This document shows, in pieces, positions 57,601 through 64,000 of a DNA stretch of 64,000 nt (its first letter is position 1; each line of letters begins with the position of its first letter). The DNA comes from Tubiluchus corallicola (taxonomy: Eukaryota > Animalia > Priapulida), in contig JAQGDQ010000036.1 in assembly GCA_030141605.1 (NCBI GenBank), positions 744,001-808,000 of the forward strand, read 5' to 3'. The position numbers and the translations under genes were made by a program. The notes under the pieces were generated by a model. It had not been told where the DNA came from. It ran no database searches and saw only the letters and a program-made list of their open reading frames with translations.

Positions 57601-60600
57601 ATGATACTGTTAGTGAATACACCGATGCCTTGTGTATAAAAACATTCTTTGTATTCTGTATAGATGCAGACGAGTATCTCATCTACACTACAGAAAACTC
57701 AGTACGCAGTGCATTCCTTGAACCAGGTGTTACCTCTAAGCCTTGGCCACCTGTTACAAAACTCAATGTATCTACCGCCATTGATCTTGATGCGAAGAAC
57801 AAGCGTATTTTCTTCTCGCGTAAGTAAGCTGCTTGCTGTGAATGACCGTTGTTTACAAAGTTTTATTGCAATGTATTTTTATGCATGTCATCAGCATTTT
57901 TGTTATACGGTAATATGTGTATGTCGTTTGTGTACTATTGTGGTTGCACTGTTTCGTAATGTGTTTTGCTTGTACATTTGTAATAACTAATTTGCAGAAG
58001 CACATGTCTTTTGTAAACAGTAAAGCTTAAGCACAAAAGACATGTTGCGTAATCTCTGCAATTCAAAGATTTAATTCAATGGAATTTAGAATTCCTCGAA
58101 AATGTACAAGTTCTGAGTTTAGTTCAGTTGTTTTGCTTGGAAACTTTGTACATTCATTGCACTGATTCAGATGCATAAATTCAGCCTGTGACGACAACTG
58201 ATCAGTGTTTAATGAAAGAAAGTTTTGTTTCTTTACAAGTATTCTTTAAATAATGGTCATATTTTAATACTGATATTCTAGGTTGCCTTTTTGGCAGTGA
58301 CAAGTAAATTTAATGAATAATTCAATCAATTTTGAAATGCTGGTAAAACCATTTTTTCCTTTACACTAAACTCAATCGTGGTGGAATAACAGCAGGCAGA
58401 CTTTACTATTGTCATTTATTATCAATAACTCTTGCTTTTACAGAAAGACTTTACAGCTTGGGAAAGCCTGATCCTCGTGCTAAAAATCCAACTATTAGTT
58501 ACTTCAAACTGGACGACCCCTCTCATGAAATAACACATATTCTAGTGAGAAGTAATCAAACAAGTATGTATTGTTGTGCTGTCTTTTACAGAACGACTAG
58601 GTACAGGTTTTGGAGCGATTGATGTGCGTTCTAAGGGCCCAACAATTAGCTACTTCAAACTGGACGATTCATCTCGAGAAATTAAACATATTTTAATTAA
58701 AAGTAACCAAACAAGTATGTATTGCTTTTGCCCTGTGCAGAAGAATAGTAATGTATTGACTGAAACTCGGAGCATGCGGAACTGTAAACATAACTGACGT
58801 TTTCGAAAGCTAACTAATGCATTTTCTTGGCTAACAGGTGGGGTACTTAAACAAATGTTAATGAACACTTTATTGAGAAAATTTTGACTTATTTAACAAC
58901 TTGGTGACATATAGAGATATGAAACTGCTTTTTGGCTTATCAGGCTGCATAACAAAGATTTTATAATTTATAATCTAGCTGCGCAATTGCAATAAAAATT
59001 TTATTCAGAAAGCTTTTACTTGTTAAACAGCTTGGGAACACATAGGGAGATATGCTGCTTTTTTTCTTATATTGCTACGGTTAATGATTATTGCATTCAT
59101 AATTTAGCTGCGCACACTTCAAATTTCACGGGATAATTGCATGTTAACTGATACACACTAATGCAACACTAACTCCATAAACCCTAATCTTTACATAAAT
59201 TATTAAAACTGCAATTCCTTAACTCATACTAAACTTACAAAATACATTTTTGTGTTCGTTTGCTGCGCCAGTCTCACAGTGAAGTGCATATCATGGTAGT
59301 ATAGCCACTGTGTTATGTGGCTTGAAAAATAAACAGAACTGCTTTGTGATTTGCAATTTTACATTGCTTGTCAATTGCTGTAATCTAGTGTAAAAAGGCA
59401 TTTGTATGGCCATTGGATTTTGCTTAGCTTCATAAATCGGCTCGTAATTTTTTATCAAGTGTTGTCATAATATAGAATACAGTAAAAATGTTGGCGAAGT
59501 AAACTTTGCTTCATATTAATGGTAATGCTTCTTTATAAGGCTTATTATAGAGCTTTTCCAGTTAGATGATTCTGTAAGCTCAATTCACCATTGGTTAATG
59601 TTGGATAAAATTTGTTACAAGATACATTGTTTTTTCTAAGAAGCAGAAATGGTGACAGTTATATATGTTAATTAGGAGCAGGAGAGCATAGTAACCTGAT
59701 ATTTGCCAGTGGTCTGGCTTATGATTGGATTCATGATCGTCTGTACTATACCGATGTGGATGCTAAGGAATTAAATGTCATGAGTATGAATGGAACTCGA
59801 TTAAGTAACCTTGTCACTGGTTTAAAACCTCGTGGTATAGTGCTCGATCCATGTGAAGGGTATGACATCATTTTGTGATATTTTTAAACTTTCACAGATT
59901 AAAAATCTATTTTGTTTTGTTTGCTTTGTTTTGAAATTTACCTGCGTAAGTCTACCTAGAGATTTTGTGATATCATTGTTTTTCTTTTTACATTGCTAGT
60001 TGTTATTCTAGTATTGTAGCAGTTGCTTTGATTTACAAAGTATGCTTAGATCATTGAGAGGAGAGCTATGCAAAGTTTGTTTCTTGAGATTTAATTAAGT
60101 GCTTGTATGAAAAAATGCTAGGGATCAGTGTTGCAGATGAAGATAAATTCATTTATTGTTCCAGTCTTGTGTCATAGTATATGTCTTCTTGATTTTATAA
60201 CTTTGTCTTCCGATCATTTGGTTTATCTGGTTTCTACAGTCTAAAATAAACTACAGGTCACACAGCCAAAAAGGTTGTGCTCATCTCTTAAAATTTTAGC
60301 GTTATCTTTTACTACTACCTCTAGTCGAGAGGTGGAAATGTTACAATGTCCCAAGGACTATAAGTAGGCAGCCGTGATGGTCTGGGGGGTTGCAGTAAAG
60401 CCCTGGAGGTTTAGTGGCAAAACCTTTTAAAAATTTGAAAAGTTGGACTTCTAAAATGTCAAGTATGTTAGTTATTAGTATTTTCATCACACATATTTTC
60501 ATTGACAATGCAGCCATTACATCATCATGAATGTTGATTAACATTAGAAATAGATTTGTGATTTAATGTGACGATTATGGTGACGATCGGCATAATATGA

Positions 60601-63600
60601 CTTTGCTACCTTATGTTAGTTACTGTTCATTGAAATTTCTTAAACCTATGCTAAGAAAGGAGCCCACGGTTCTGTTCCGCTTACTTAAATCACTCTTCTG
60701 TCGTTTTGCTAGGATGCAGTATGAAAACAGTCTCTCTGCACAATGCCTCACTCATCTAAACGCTTATTATGTTCGATGTTGCTTAACTACTGAATGCAAT
60801 ATTTATGAGTGCTAAAAAGTATTTATTGTGACATTTCTAAGAAACTGAGACACCTTCTGGTTGGTGTCTAGCCTAGGTGGCAAGGCCACTTGTCAGGGTA
60901 ATTATAATTCGAAGCCAGATTCTGAAATCAACTGTCGTCACCTTCCATTTTAAAGTTTTAAACTGTCATGTGACACTTGAAATTTTAGTACTGTTGCCTA
61001 AGACTCAGGAAGGGTGCTGAGTAGCCAGCAATAAATGCTGTTGCAAAAATTAATACATTTTAACTTCATAGTAGCAGGCCTATGTGAACTAGATCTAGAT
61101 CTAGATCACCACAATAAACTGCATAATTATGCACAAATGCCTAGACAAACGTTGTACTGCTGCCGAATCGGCAAGTGGTTTTATTAGCAAGAGCACAATT
61201 AGAAACTGGTGCATGCATGCATGCCCCTCTCCCCAAAAAAGTAATAATTGCATTGTAATATTCGATTTAGGTGAACATTAGACTGTGAAACAGTTCTGCA
61301 ATCTTTGCTAAGAAAGAGACGAAAGGATCGAAACTTTTTTCCATTAAAAACTTGAAGAAGTAAAAATTCGTGCCCAGTCATTAGAAGTCCGCCAGTCAGC
61401 AAAGATTTTCCCTGCTTTAATGCCTAAAATAATTTGGCTTCACCCAATTTAGAGTTTAAATAAAAGAAGTAAAAAAATGGTAGTTTGTAAGTAGTGATTT
61501 TCCATTTTATTTTTCTTGTGTTTTTAACAGCCTTCCATTTTCTTTCTCTCAAAAGCAATTCTTTTGTAGAATAGTAAAAGCAAGAATTTCCATATTCAGC
61601 CATTTAACTTTATTTTTTTTATGTTTATTAGATTATAATCAGTTTCTTTCAATGTAGCGCGAATGCAAGAATCGCTGATTATAATTGACTAACATTTATA
61701 GGTACATGTACTGGTCTGAGTTATTTTTGGGAAACAGCAAAATCTACCGTAGCACTCTTAGTGGCTCACAAAGAGAACTCATAGTTGGCAGTGATGTGAA
61801 ATGGCCAGCTGGATTAGCTATAGACTGGGAAGATCGCAAACTTTACTATGCTGACCATGCCTTGTAAGTTTTACATTTCTTTATTTTTTGACGATGTTTG
61901 GTGATATTTAATCGACTATCACAGCTAAAGTTATTCTACTGTGATTTACAGTGGATACAGCTCAAGGGGTTTTGCAAACCGTATGCAAATTCTTTCATTA
62001 ATATTGAATTAAAGTTGCCCATTATCACCTAATAGTAAAAATAATTGAGGTCATGCTTAGCTAGTTTGTCTTTTAAAATCTGGAGCAACTCACTTTCTGT
62101 AATGATGTTTGTTATAACTAAGGTCGATACTGTACTACTACTAGCCACATAACAGTTTTCCTTCCTTATTTATCATTTATATTCACAATTACAAAATTAT
62201 TAGGGTGTTTTTCGAGCCAAATTTAAACTACTTTTGTTCACTTTAACGAAAGAAATAAGTGAGAGTAATGTTAAACAGTCAATGGTAAGATTTGGACTTT
62301 GATCACTTGCCGGCATCTTAGATTGCAAGACTCGTAAGGCTCGTACTAAGGTAAATCCTTTCTCGACGTGTTAGTTGACTGGTCATTTTTAGGATTGAAT
62401 TGAGGTTTGTCGTGATCGCAAGGGATTATGCAGTCTAGTGCAAAACACTCGGGCTAATATGAAATTCTGTCTTGGTCCCACTTCTTCACATTTTTTTGTT
62501 TAGTGATATAGTGTATTCGATTTATCACACCTGCTGATTCTCAACCTAAGTTCGCATTTTATCTACTTTAGCTGAACCTATACTTTATAAAAGCTAAACT
62601 ACAAAATTAAATAGATGCTTTTCAAAGGTGTCTCTACAGGAAGCTATTACGTATCAAATGGTCTGGTAGAATATCTCAATAATGACCTTATGATTTGGTG
62701 AAGCAAAATCCTTGGAGCAAATACATCCAAGTAAAAACATTGGATTAGACAAGTGCTAAATTGCCACTGAAATCCATAGCATTACACAAAAAAACACTTG
62801 AATTATCAACAATAATTGCTCGTTCAGCCGGGTCAACTACTGATGTATGTAGAAATGCAAAAGGATTTTCGCAAACACAACTCTAGATTTGGTGGAAGTG
62901 CATTGTGGGCAGTGGCAGATAGGATGGCCTAAAATCAACAAGTATGACCTGCCATGTTTTAGTATATAAAGGCACAGCAATATCACCTTCTGTTTCAATT
63001 ACTGATTAGAATATCCAGATAGTAAAAAATCCATTGAACTGTCAACTCTATTCGTGACACAAAAGTAACAAGCGTTATTATTTGCTTATTTTTTTATGTA
63101 GACAGAAAATTGAAAGGATGGACTTGAATGGCAGCAACAGAGAAATCATTTTGCAAAATGCTATCAAACCATCACAAGTAAGTGATAAATATTTTTAGCC
63201 ATAACTTCAGATTTTGCTTGTAATTTAATGGCTGTTAGTGTGATTGCAGTAAATGGTGTTTGCTAGTGTAAGTAAACAAGAAAATGGAATCCTGAATGTC
63301 TATATATGTTAGATATAAAGTTTGTAAACAATATTTTGGTGTATAGGTGGTAATTTGGAAACAGTACATGTATTGGACTGATCGCGAGAACAATGCCATA
63401 TACAGAGCTAACAAATACACTGGGGCAAACATTGAAGTCATAGAACATGATATTACAAGTGAGCCTATGGATGCACGGCCATTTGACATGAAGCTTTATT
63501 CTGCTAAACAGCAGAAATGTATGTTATTTTCTTTTGTTTTTTTTAATTGCATGTAAATTCTTAAGACAATTCATATATGCAAGTAGGCTATTTGCAAACA

Positions 63601-64000
63601 GTTTTTTCATTCATGAAAACTGTTATGTGCTTTTAAATTCTAAAGGGCAGTGTTGTCAGTTTTTTTTTGTACTTAACAAAGGTAATGTTACTGCTTGCTC
63701 CAAGAACAATGGCGGGTGCATCAATGCTTCATGCCATGAGGCCCCAGGTGGAAAGACAACTTGTTCCTGTGAAATTGGAAAGAAACTGGTAAATGAAGGA
63801 AAGATGTGTGTCCGTATGTATATACCTCATTAATTAATCTTTGGTCACAGGCACTATGATGCAAAAACATAATTTGGCTATGACAATGATTCAGCAGTGT
63901 CTTAATTGTTGACAAATACTGTTGTTTAAATTTATGTATGTGTGTTTAACTAATGCATGTGATAATTATTTGATATTTTTTTTAATTGTGTTTATCACAG
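12572..64000 (+). CDS. LRP2: LDL receptor-related protein 2 (megalin)-like gene, 5' half, 53 exon positions in view, continues past the window end
   Basis: Architecture: signal peptide, LDLa x8, EGF x2, YWTD propeller-EGF x2, LDLa x8, EGF x2, YWTD propeller-EGF x4. A large first ligand-binding cluster fits LRP2 (7 repeats in human) rather than LRP1 (2). All junctions are GT-AG and phase-consistent, and the window ends on an acceptor-like tttatcacag. Confidence 0.88.
13246..13311. repeat. ~31-bp tandem duplication
   Basis: tacattaaaacata(t/a)acaatt(t)ataatactgtaca occurs twice in tandem. Confidence 0.75.
16050..16560 (-). mobile_element. Highly decayed CR1/L2-like reverse transcriptase remnant in intron 1
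   Basis: Minus-strand motifs [18 protein letters not shown] (RPIS-like) and CLPQGSACG (GVPQGS-like) appear in RT order, broken by indels. Confidence 0.4.
20606..20737 (+). CDS. LRP2: LRP2-like exon, LDLa 1
   Basis: [36 protein letters not shown]. Confidence 0.9.
20790..20924 (+). CDS. LRP2: LRP2-like exon, LDLa 2 (8 Cys)
   Basis: [43 protein letters not shown]; preceded by a 52-nt intron. Confidence 0.88.
23702..23824 (+). CDS. LRP2: LRP2-like exon, LDLa 3
   Basis: [37 protein letters not shown]. Confidence 0.9.
24911..25039 (+). CDS. LRP2: LRP2-like exon, LDLa 4
   Basis: [39 protein letters not shown]. Confidence 0.9.
25671..26400. mobile_element. Old hAT-like non-autonomous element
   Basis: Degenerate TIRs (catggcagagatataccacaggg..ggggcaac vs reverse complement cagggacaaatttacaaggg..gggacaac) flanked by near-identical 8-mers aatttaac / aatctgac. 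Confidence 0.5.
27272..27391 (+). CDS. LRP2: LRP2-like exon, LDLa 5
   Basis: [36 protein letters not shown]. Confidence 0.9.
27725..27853 (+). CDS. LRP2: LRP2-like exon, LDLa 6
   Basis: [37 protein letters not shown]. Confidence 0.9.
28484..28597 (+). CDS. LRP2: LRP2-like exon, LDLa 7
   Basis: [34 protein letters not shown]; final Cys codon split across the intron. Confidence 0.9.
29022..30238. mobile_element. Mutator (MULE)-like non-autonomous element containing a nested CR1 fragment
   Basis: 9-bp TSD ggttctgcc (29013-29021) / gattctgcc (30239-30247); TIRs gatttaggtccgtttcgcagaaa vs reverse complement gaggtagactcatttcccagaaa; subterminal ttctgggaaa repeats. Confidence 0.6.
29388..29763 (-). 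mobile_element. CR1-like LINE 3' fragment
   Basis: Minus strand [40 protein letters not shown] (CR1 TRGHSLKL / FSNRVV..WNSLP motifs) followed by an (AATAA)n-like tail. Confidence 0.8.
31680..31802 (+). CDS. LRP2: LRP2-like exon, LDLa 8
   Basis: [36 protein letters not shown]. Confidence 0.9.
32161..32280 (+). CDS. LRP2: LRP2-like exon, EGF
   Basis: [36 protein letters not shown]. Confidence 0.9.
33000..33125 (+). CDS. LRP2: LRP2-like exon, calcium-binding EGF
   Basis: [38 protein letters not shown]. Confidence 0.9.
33179..34601. mobile_element. Possible Kolobok-like non-autonomous element
   Basis: Ends ttag|AGGTCCACTGACACCC and GAGTGCCTTAGAACCT|ttaa are imperfect inverted repeats at TTAA-like sites; GTGACATC motifs recur internally. 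Confidence 0.4.
34931..35094 (+). CDS. LRP2: LRP2-like exon, propeller 1
   Basis: PRLIFSRRK...[12 protein letters not shown]. Confidence 0.9.
35731..35851 (+). CDS. LRP2: LRP2-like exon, propeller 1
   Basis: IFSVNIDG...[15 protein letters not shown]. Confidence 0.9.
35999..36098 (+). CDS. LRP2: LRP2-like exon, propeller 1
   Basis: [33 protein letters not shown]. Confidence 0.9.
36150..36503. repeat. Compound (TA)n/(TATG)n/(TG)n microsatellite hosting the 5S copy
   Basis: Simple repeats directly visible at 36150-36246, 36311-36334 and 36476-36503. Confidence 0.85.
36352..36471 (-). rRNA. 5S rRNA: 5S rRNA copy, 120 nt, probably a pseudogene or SINE head
   Basis: Reverse complement GCCTACGGCCATATCACGTTGAAAACACCGGTTCTCGTCTGATCACTGAAGTTAGGCAACATAGAGCCTGGTTAGTACTTGGATGGGGGACTGCCTAGGAATACCAGGTGCTGTAGGCTT. 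Helix I pairs (GCCTACGGC/GCTGTAGGC) and the internal A/C boxes are recognisable, but several changes look like CpG decay and there is no oligo-T terminator. Confidence 0.85.
36642..36842 (+). CDS. LRP2: LRP2-like exon, propeller 1
   Basis: YLFYCDRG...[13 protein letters not shown]...YNGENR. Confidence 0.9.
37022..37236 (+). CDS. LRP2: LRP2-like exon, propeller 1
   Basis: [18 protein letters not shown]...YHSLRQMP. Confidence 0.9.
37355..37501 (+). CDS. LRP2: LRP2-like exon, EGF
   Basis: [17 protein letters not shown]...[18 protein letters not shown]. Confidence 0.9.
37659..37871 (+). CDS. LRP2: LRP2-like exon, propeller 2
   Basis: EFLVFS...KWIYYAD...IHPDGTG. Confidence 0.9.
38254..38449 (+). 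CDS. LRP2: LRP2-like exon, propeller 2
   Basis: [17 protein letters not shown]...[11 protein letters not shown]. Confidence 0.9.
38628..38878 (+). CDS. LRP2: LRP2-like exon, propeller 2
   Basis: [12 protein letters not shown]...WPNGLSID...RLYWCD...HPFSLVVYK. Confidence 0.9.
39111..39257 (+). CDS. LRP2: LRP2-like exon, propeller 2
   Basis: [20 protein letters not shown]...KVYSIDQQP. Confidence 0.9.
39440..39724 (+). CDS. LRP2: LRP2-like exon, EGF + first LDLa of cluster II
   Basis: [16 protein letters not shown]...[35 protein letters not shown]. Confidence 0.9.
40355..41339. mobile_element. pogo/Tigger-like (Tc1/mariner) non-autonomous element
   Basis: TA-flanked TIRs CAGTAAGTCCTCGCTTAA and TTAAGAGAAGACTTACTC (15/18 match as inverted repeat). 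Confidence 0.7.
41454..41570 (+). CDS. LRP2: LRP2-like exon, LDLa
   Basis: [36 protein letters not shown]. Confidence 0.9.
41869..41988 (+). CDS. LRP2: LRP2-like exon, LDLa
   Basis: [36 protein letters not shown]. Confidence 0.9.
42121..42220 (+). CDS. LRP2: LRP2-like exon, LDLa (split by a phase-2 intron)
   Basis: [30 protein letters not shown]. Confidence 0.9.
42379..42515 (+). CDS. LRP2: LRP2-like exon, LDLa
   Basis: [45 protein letters not shown]. Confidence 0.9.
42796..43386. mobile_element. Helentron/HINE-like non-autonomous element
   Basis: TTAAGATTCTGC at 42796 is inverted against GCAGAATCTTAA at 43326 and 43375; terminal perfect hairpin TAAGATTCTGC-tatat-GCAGAATCTTA (43359-43385); internal AAGTTTGG..TAGTTTTGGAG motif. 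Confidence 0.45.
43930..44055 (+). CDS. LRP2: LRP2-like exon, LDLa
   Basis: [35 protein letters not shown]. Confidence 0.9.
44927..45052 (+). CDS. LRP2: LRP2-like exon, LDLa
   Basis: [38 protein letters not shown]. Confidence 0.9.
45217..45345 (+). CDS. LRP2: LRP2-like exon, last LDLa of cluster II
   Basis: [37 protein letters not shown]. Confidence 0.9.
45442..45564 (+). CDS. LRP2: LRP2-like exon, EGF
   Basis: [37 protein letters not shown]. Confidence 0.9.
45736..45861 (+). CDS. LRP2: LRP2-like exon, calcium-binding EGF
   Basis: [30 protein letters not shown]...CKA. Confidence 0.9.
45981..46186 (+). CDS. LRP2: LRP2-like exon, propeller 3
   Basis: AYLVFSNR...DMIYWSD...NGTGEEK. Confidence 0.9.
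46562..46746 (+). CDS. LRP2: LRP2-like exon, propeller 3
   Basis: VITSG...[11 protein letters not shown]...[11 protein letters not shown]. Confidence 0.9.
47079..47307 (+). CDS. LRP2: LRP2-like exon, propeller 3
   Basis: [21 protein letters not shown]...RLYFAD...ANDH. Confidence 0.92.
47346..48167. mobile_element. Degenerate hAT-like MITE
   Basis: Clustered (A)CCGAA subterminal repeats at 47370-47515 and CCGAA/TTCGG motifs at 48050-48165, ending ttcggtggttctct. Confidence 0.5.
48508..48685 (+). CDS. LRP2: LRP2-like exon, propeller 3
   Basis: [17 protein letters not shown]...HHPVRQPD. Confidence 0.9.
49406..49534 (+). CDS. LRP2: LRP2-like exon, EGF
   Basis: [29 protein letters not shown]...SCVN. 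Confidence 0.9.
50092..50291 (+). CDS. LRP2: LRP2-like exon, propeller 4
   Basis: PYLMYMKR...[15 protein letters not shown]. Confidence 0.88.
51574..51860 (+). CDS. LRP2: LRP2-like exon, propeller 4
   Basis: [10 protein letters not shown]...[13 protein letters not shown]...ALAVDPING. Confidence 0.9.
52255..52429 (+). CDS. LRP2: LRP2-like exon, propeller 4
   Basis: [24 protein letters not shown]...QQLYYT. Confidence 0.9.
52986..53217 (+). CDS. LRP2: LRP2-like exon, propeller 4
   Basis: IEKVTTGG...[15 protein letters not shown]...KYQQE. Confidence 0.9.
53528..53656 (+). CDS. LRP2: LRP2-like exon, EGF
   Basis: [16 protein letters not shown]...[16 protein letters not shown]. Confidence 0.9.
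53826..53930 (+). CDS. LRP2: LRP2-like exon, propeller 5
   Basis: [18 protein letters not shown]...AIMPIGGTQ. Confidence 0.85.
54225..54410 (+). CDS. LRP2: LRP2-like exon, propeller 5
   Basis: [16 protein letters not shown]...[12 protein letters not shown]. Confidence 0.9.
54796..55103 (+). CDS. LRP2: LRP2-like exon, propeller 5
   Basis: NVYFTN...[14 protein letters not shown]...DVYWIDS. Confidence 0.92.
55369..55594 (+). CDS. LRP2: LRP2-like exon, propeller 5
   Basis: RVDYLG...[17 protein letters not shown]...FDQINQP. Confidence 0.9.
56123..56245 (+). CDS. LRP2: LRP2-like exon, EGF
   Basis: [14 protein letters not shown]...[16 protein letters not shown]. Confidence 0.9.
56680..57590 (-). 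mobile_element. Decayed CR1/L2-group LINE fragment (RT C-terminus + 3' UTR)
   Basis: Minus strand [51 protein letters not shown], a typical RT C-terminal signature, ending in a (TTTA)n-like tail near 56680-56703. Confidence 0.85.
57664..57819 (+). CDS. LRP2: LRP2-like exon, propeller 6
   Basis: [14 protein letters not shown]...[14 protein letters not shown]|gtaagt, phase 1. Confidence 0.9.
58444..58563 (+). CDS. LRP2: LRP2-like alternative exon A (mutually exclusive candidate)
   Basis: ttttacag|[40 protein letters not shown]|gtatgt, 120 nt, phase 1-1, open. Confidence 0.8.
58592..58714 (+). CDS. LRP2: LRP2-like alternative exon B (mutually exclusive candidate)
   Basis: ttttacag|[41 protein letters not shown]|gtatgt, 123 nt, phase 1-1, open. 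Confidence 0.8.
59676..59859 (+). CDS. LRP2: LRP2-like exon, propeller 6
   Basis: [17 protein letters not shown]...[12 protein letters not shown]. Confidence 0.88.
61702..61863 (+). CDS. LRP2: LRP2-like exon, propeller 6
   Basis: YMYWSE...[18 protein letters not shown]. Confidence 0.9.
63102..63177 (+). CDS. LRP2: LRP2-like exon, propeller 6
   Basis: [25 protein letters not shown]. Confidence 0.88.
63347..63518 (+). CDS. LRP2: LRP2-like exon, propeller 6
   Basis: [21 protein letters not shown]...YSAKQQK. Confidence 0.9.
63682..63813 (+). CDS. LRP2: LRP2-like exon, EGF
   Basis: [39 protein letters not shown]. Confidence 0.88.

Noticed and set aside
1-64000. Prokaryotic-type systems (CRISPR arrays, operons, defence islands) and tRNA genes
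   Set aside because: The sequence is a spliced eukaryotic locus; I saw no regularly spaced repeat-spacer array or tRNA cloverleaf.

Overview
AT-rich, intron-rich animal (invertebrate-like) genomic DNA carrying two + strand genes. (1) 1-6965: the 3' part of a La-related protein 4 gene (LARP4/4B-like), 11 exons in view, with a probable ~3.7 kb 3' UTR ending near AATAAA 10694. (2) 12572 to beyond 64000: the 5' half of a giant LDL-receptor-family gene with megalin (LRP2) architecture: signal peptide, 8 LDLa, 2 EGF, 2 YWTD propellers, 8 LDLa, 2 EGF and 4 further YWTD propellers, each followed by EGF. All exon junctions were traced by hand with consistent GT-AG boundaries and phases. The introns hold decayed LINEs (L2/CR1-like) and non-autonomous DNA transposons (hAT-, MULE-, pogo-, Kolobok- and Helentron-like). 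The most notable observations are: a tandem pair of homologous phase-1/1 exons in the sixth propeller (58444-58563, 58592-58714) separated by only 28 nt, a candidate sterically enforced mutually exclusive splicing switch; a full-length intronic antisense 5S rRNA copy with no terminator, joined to a structured tail inside a TA microsatellite (candidate 5S-derived SINE); and an LDLa repeat with an extra cysteine pair. No tools were run, so family assignments rest on motif recognition.
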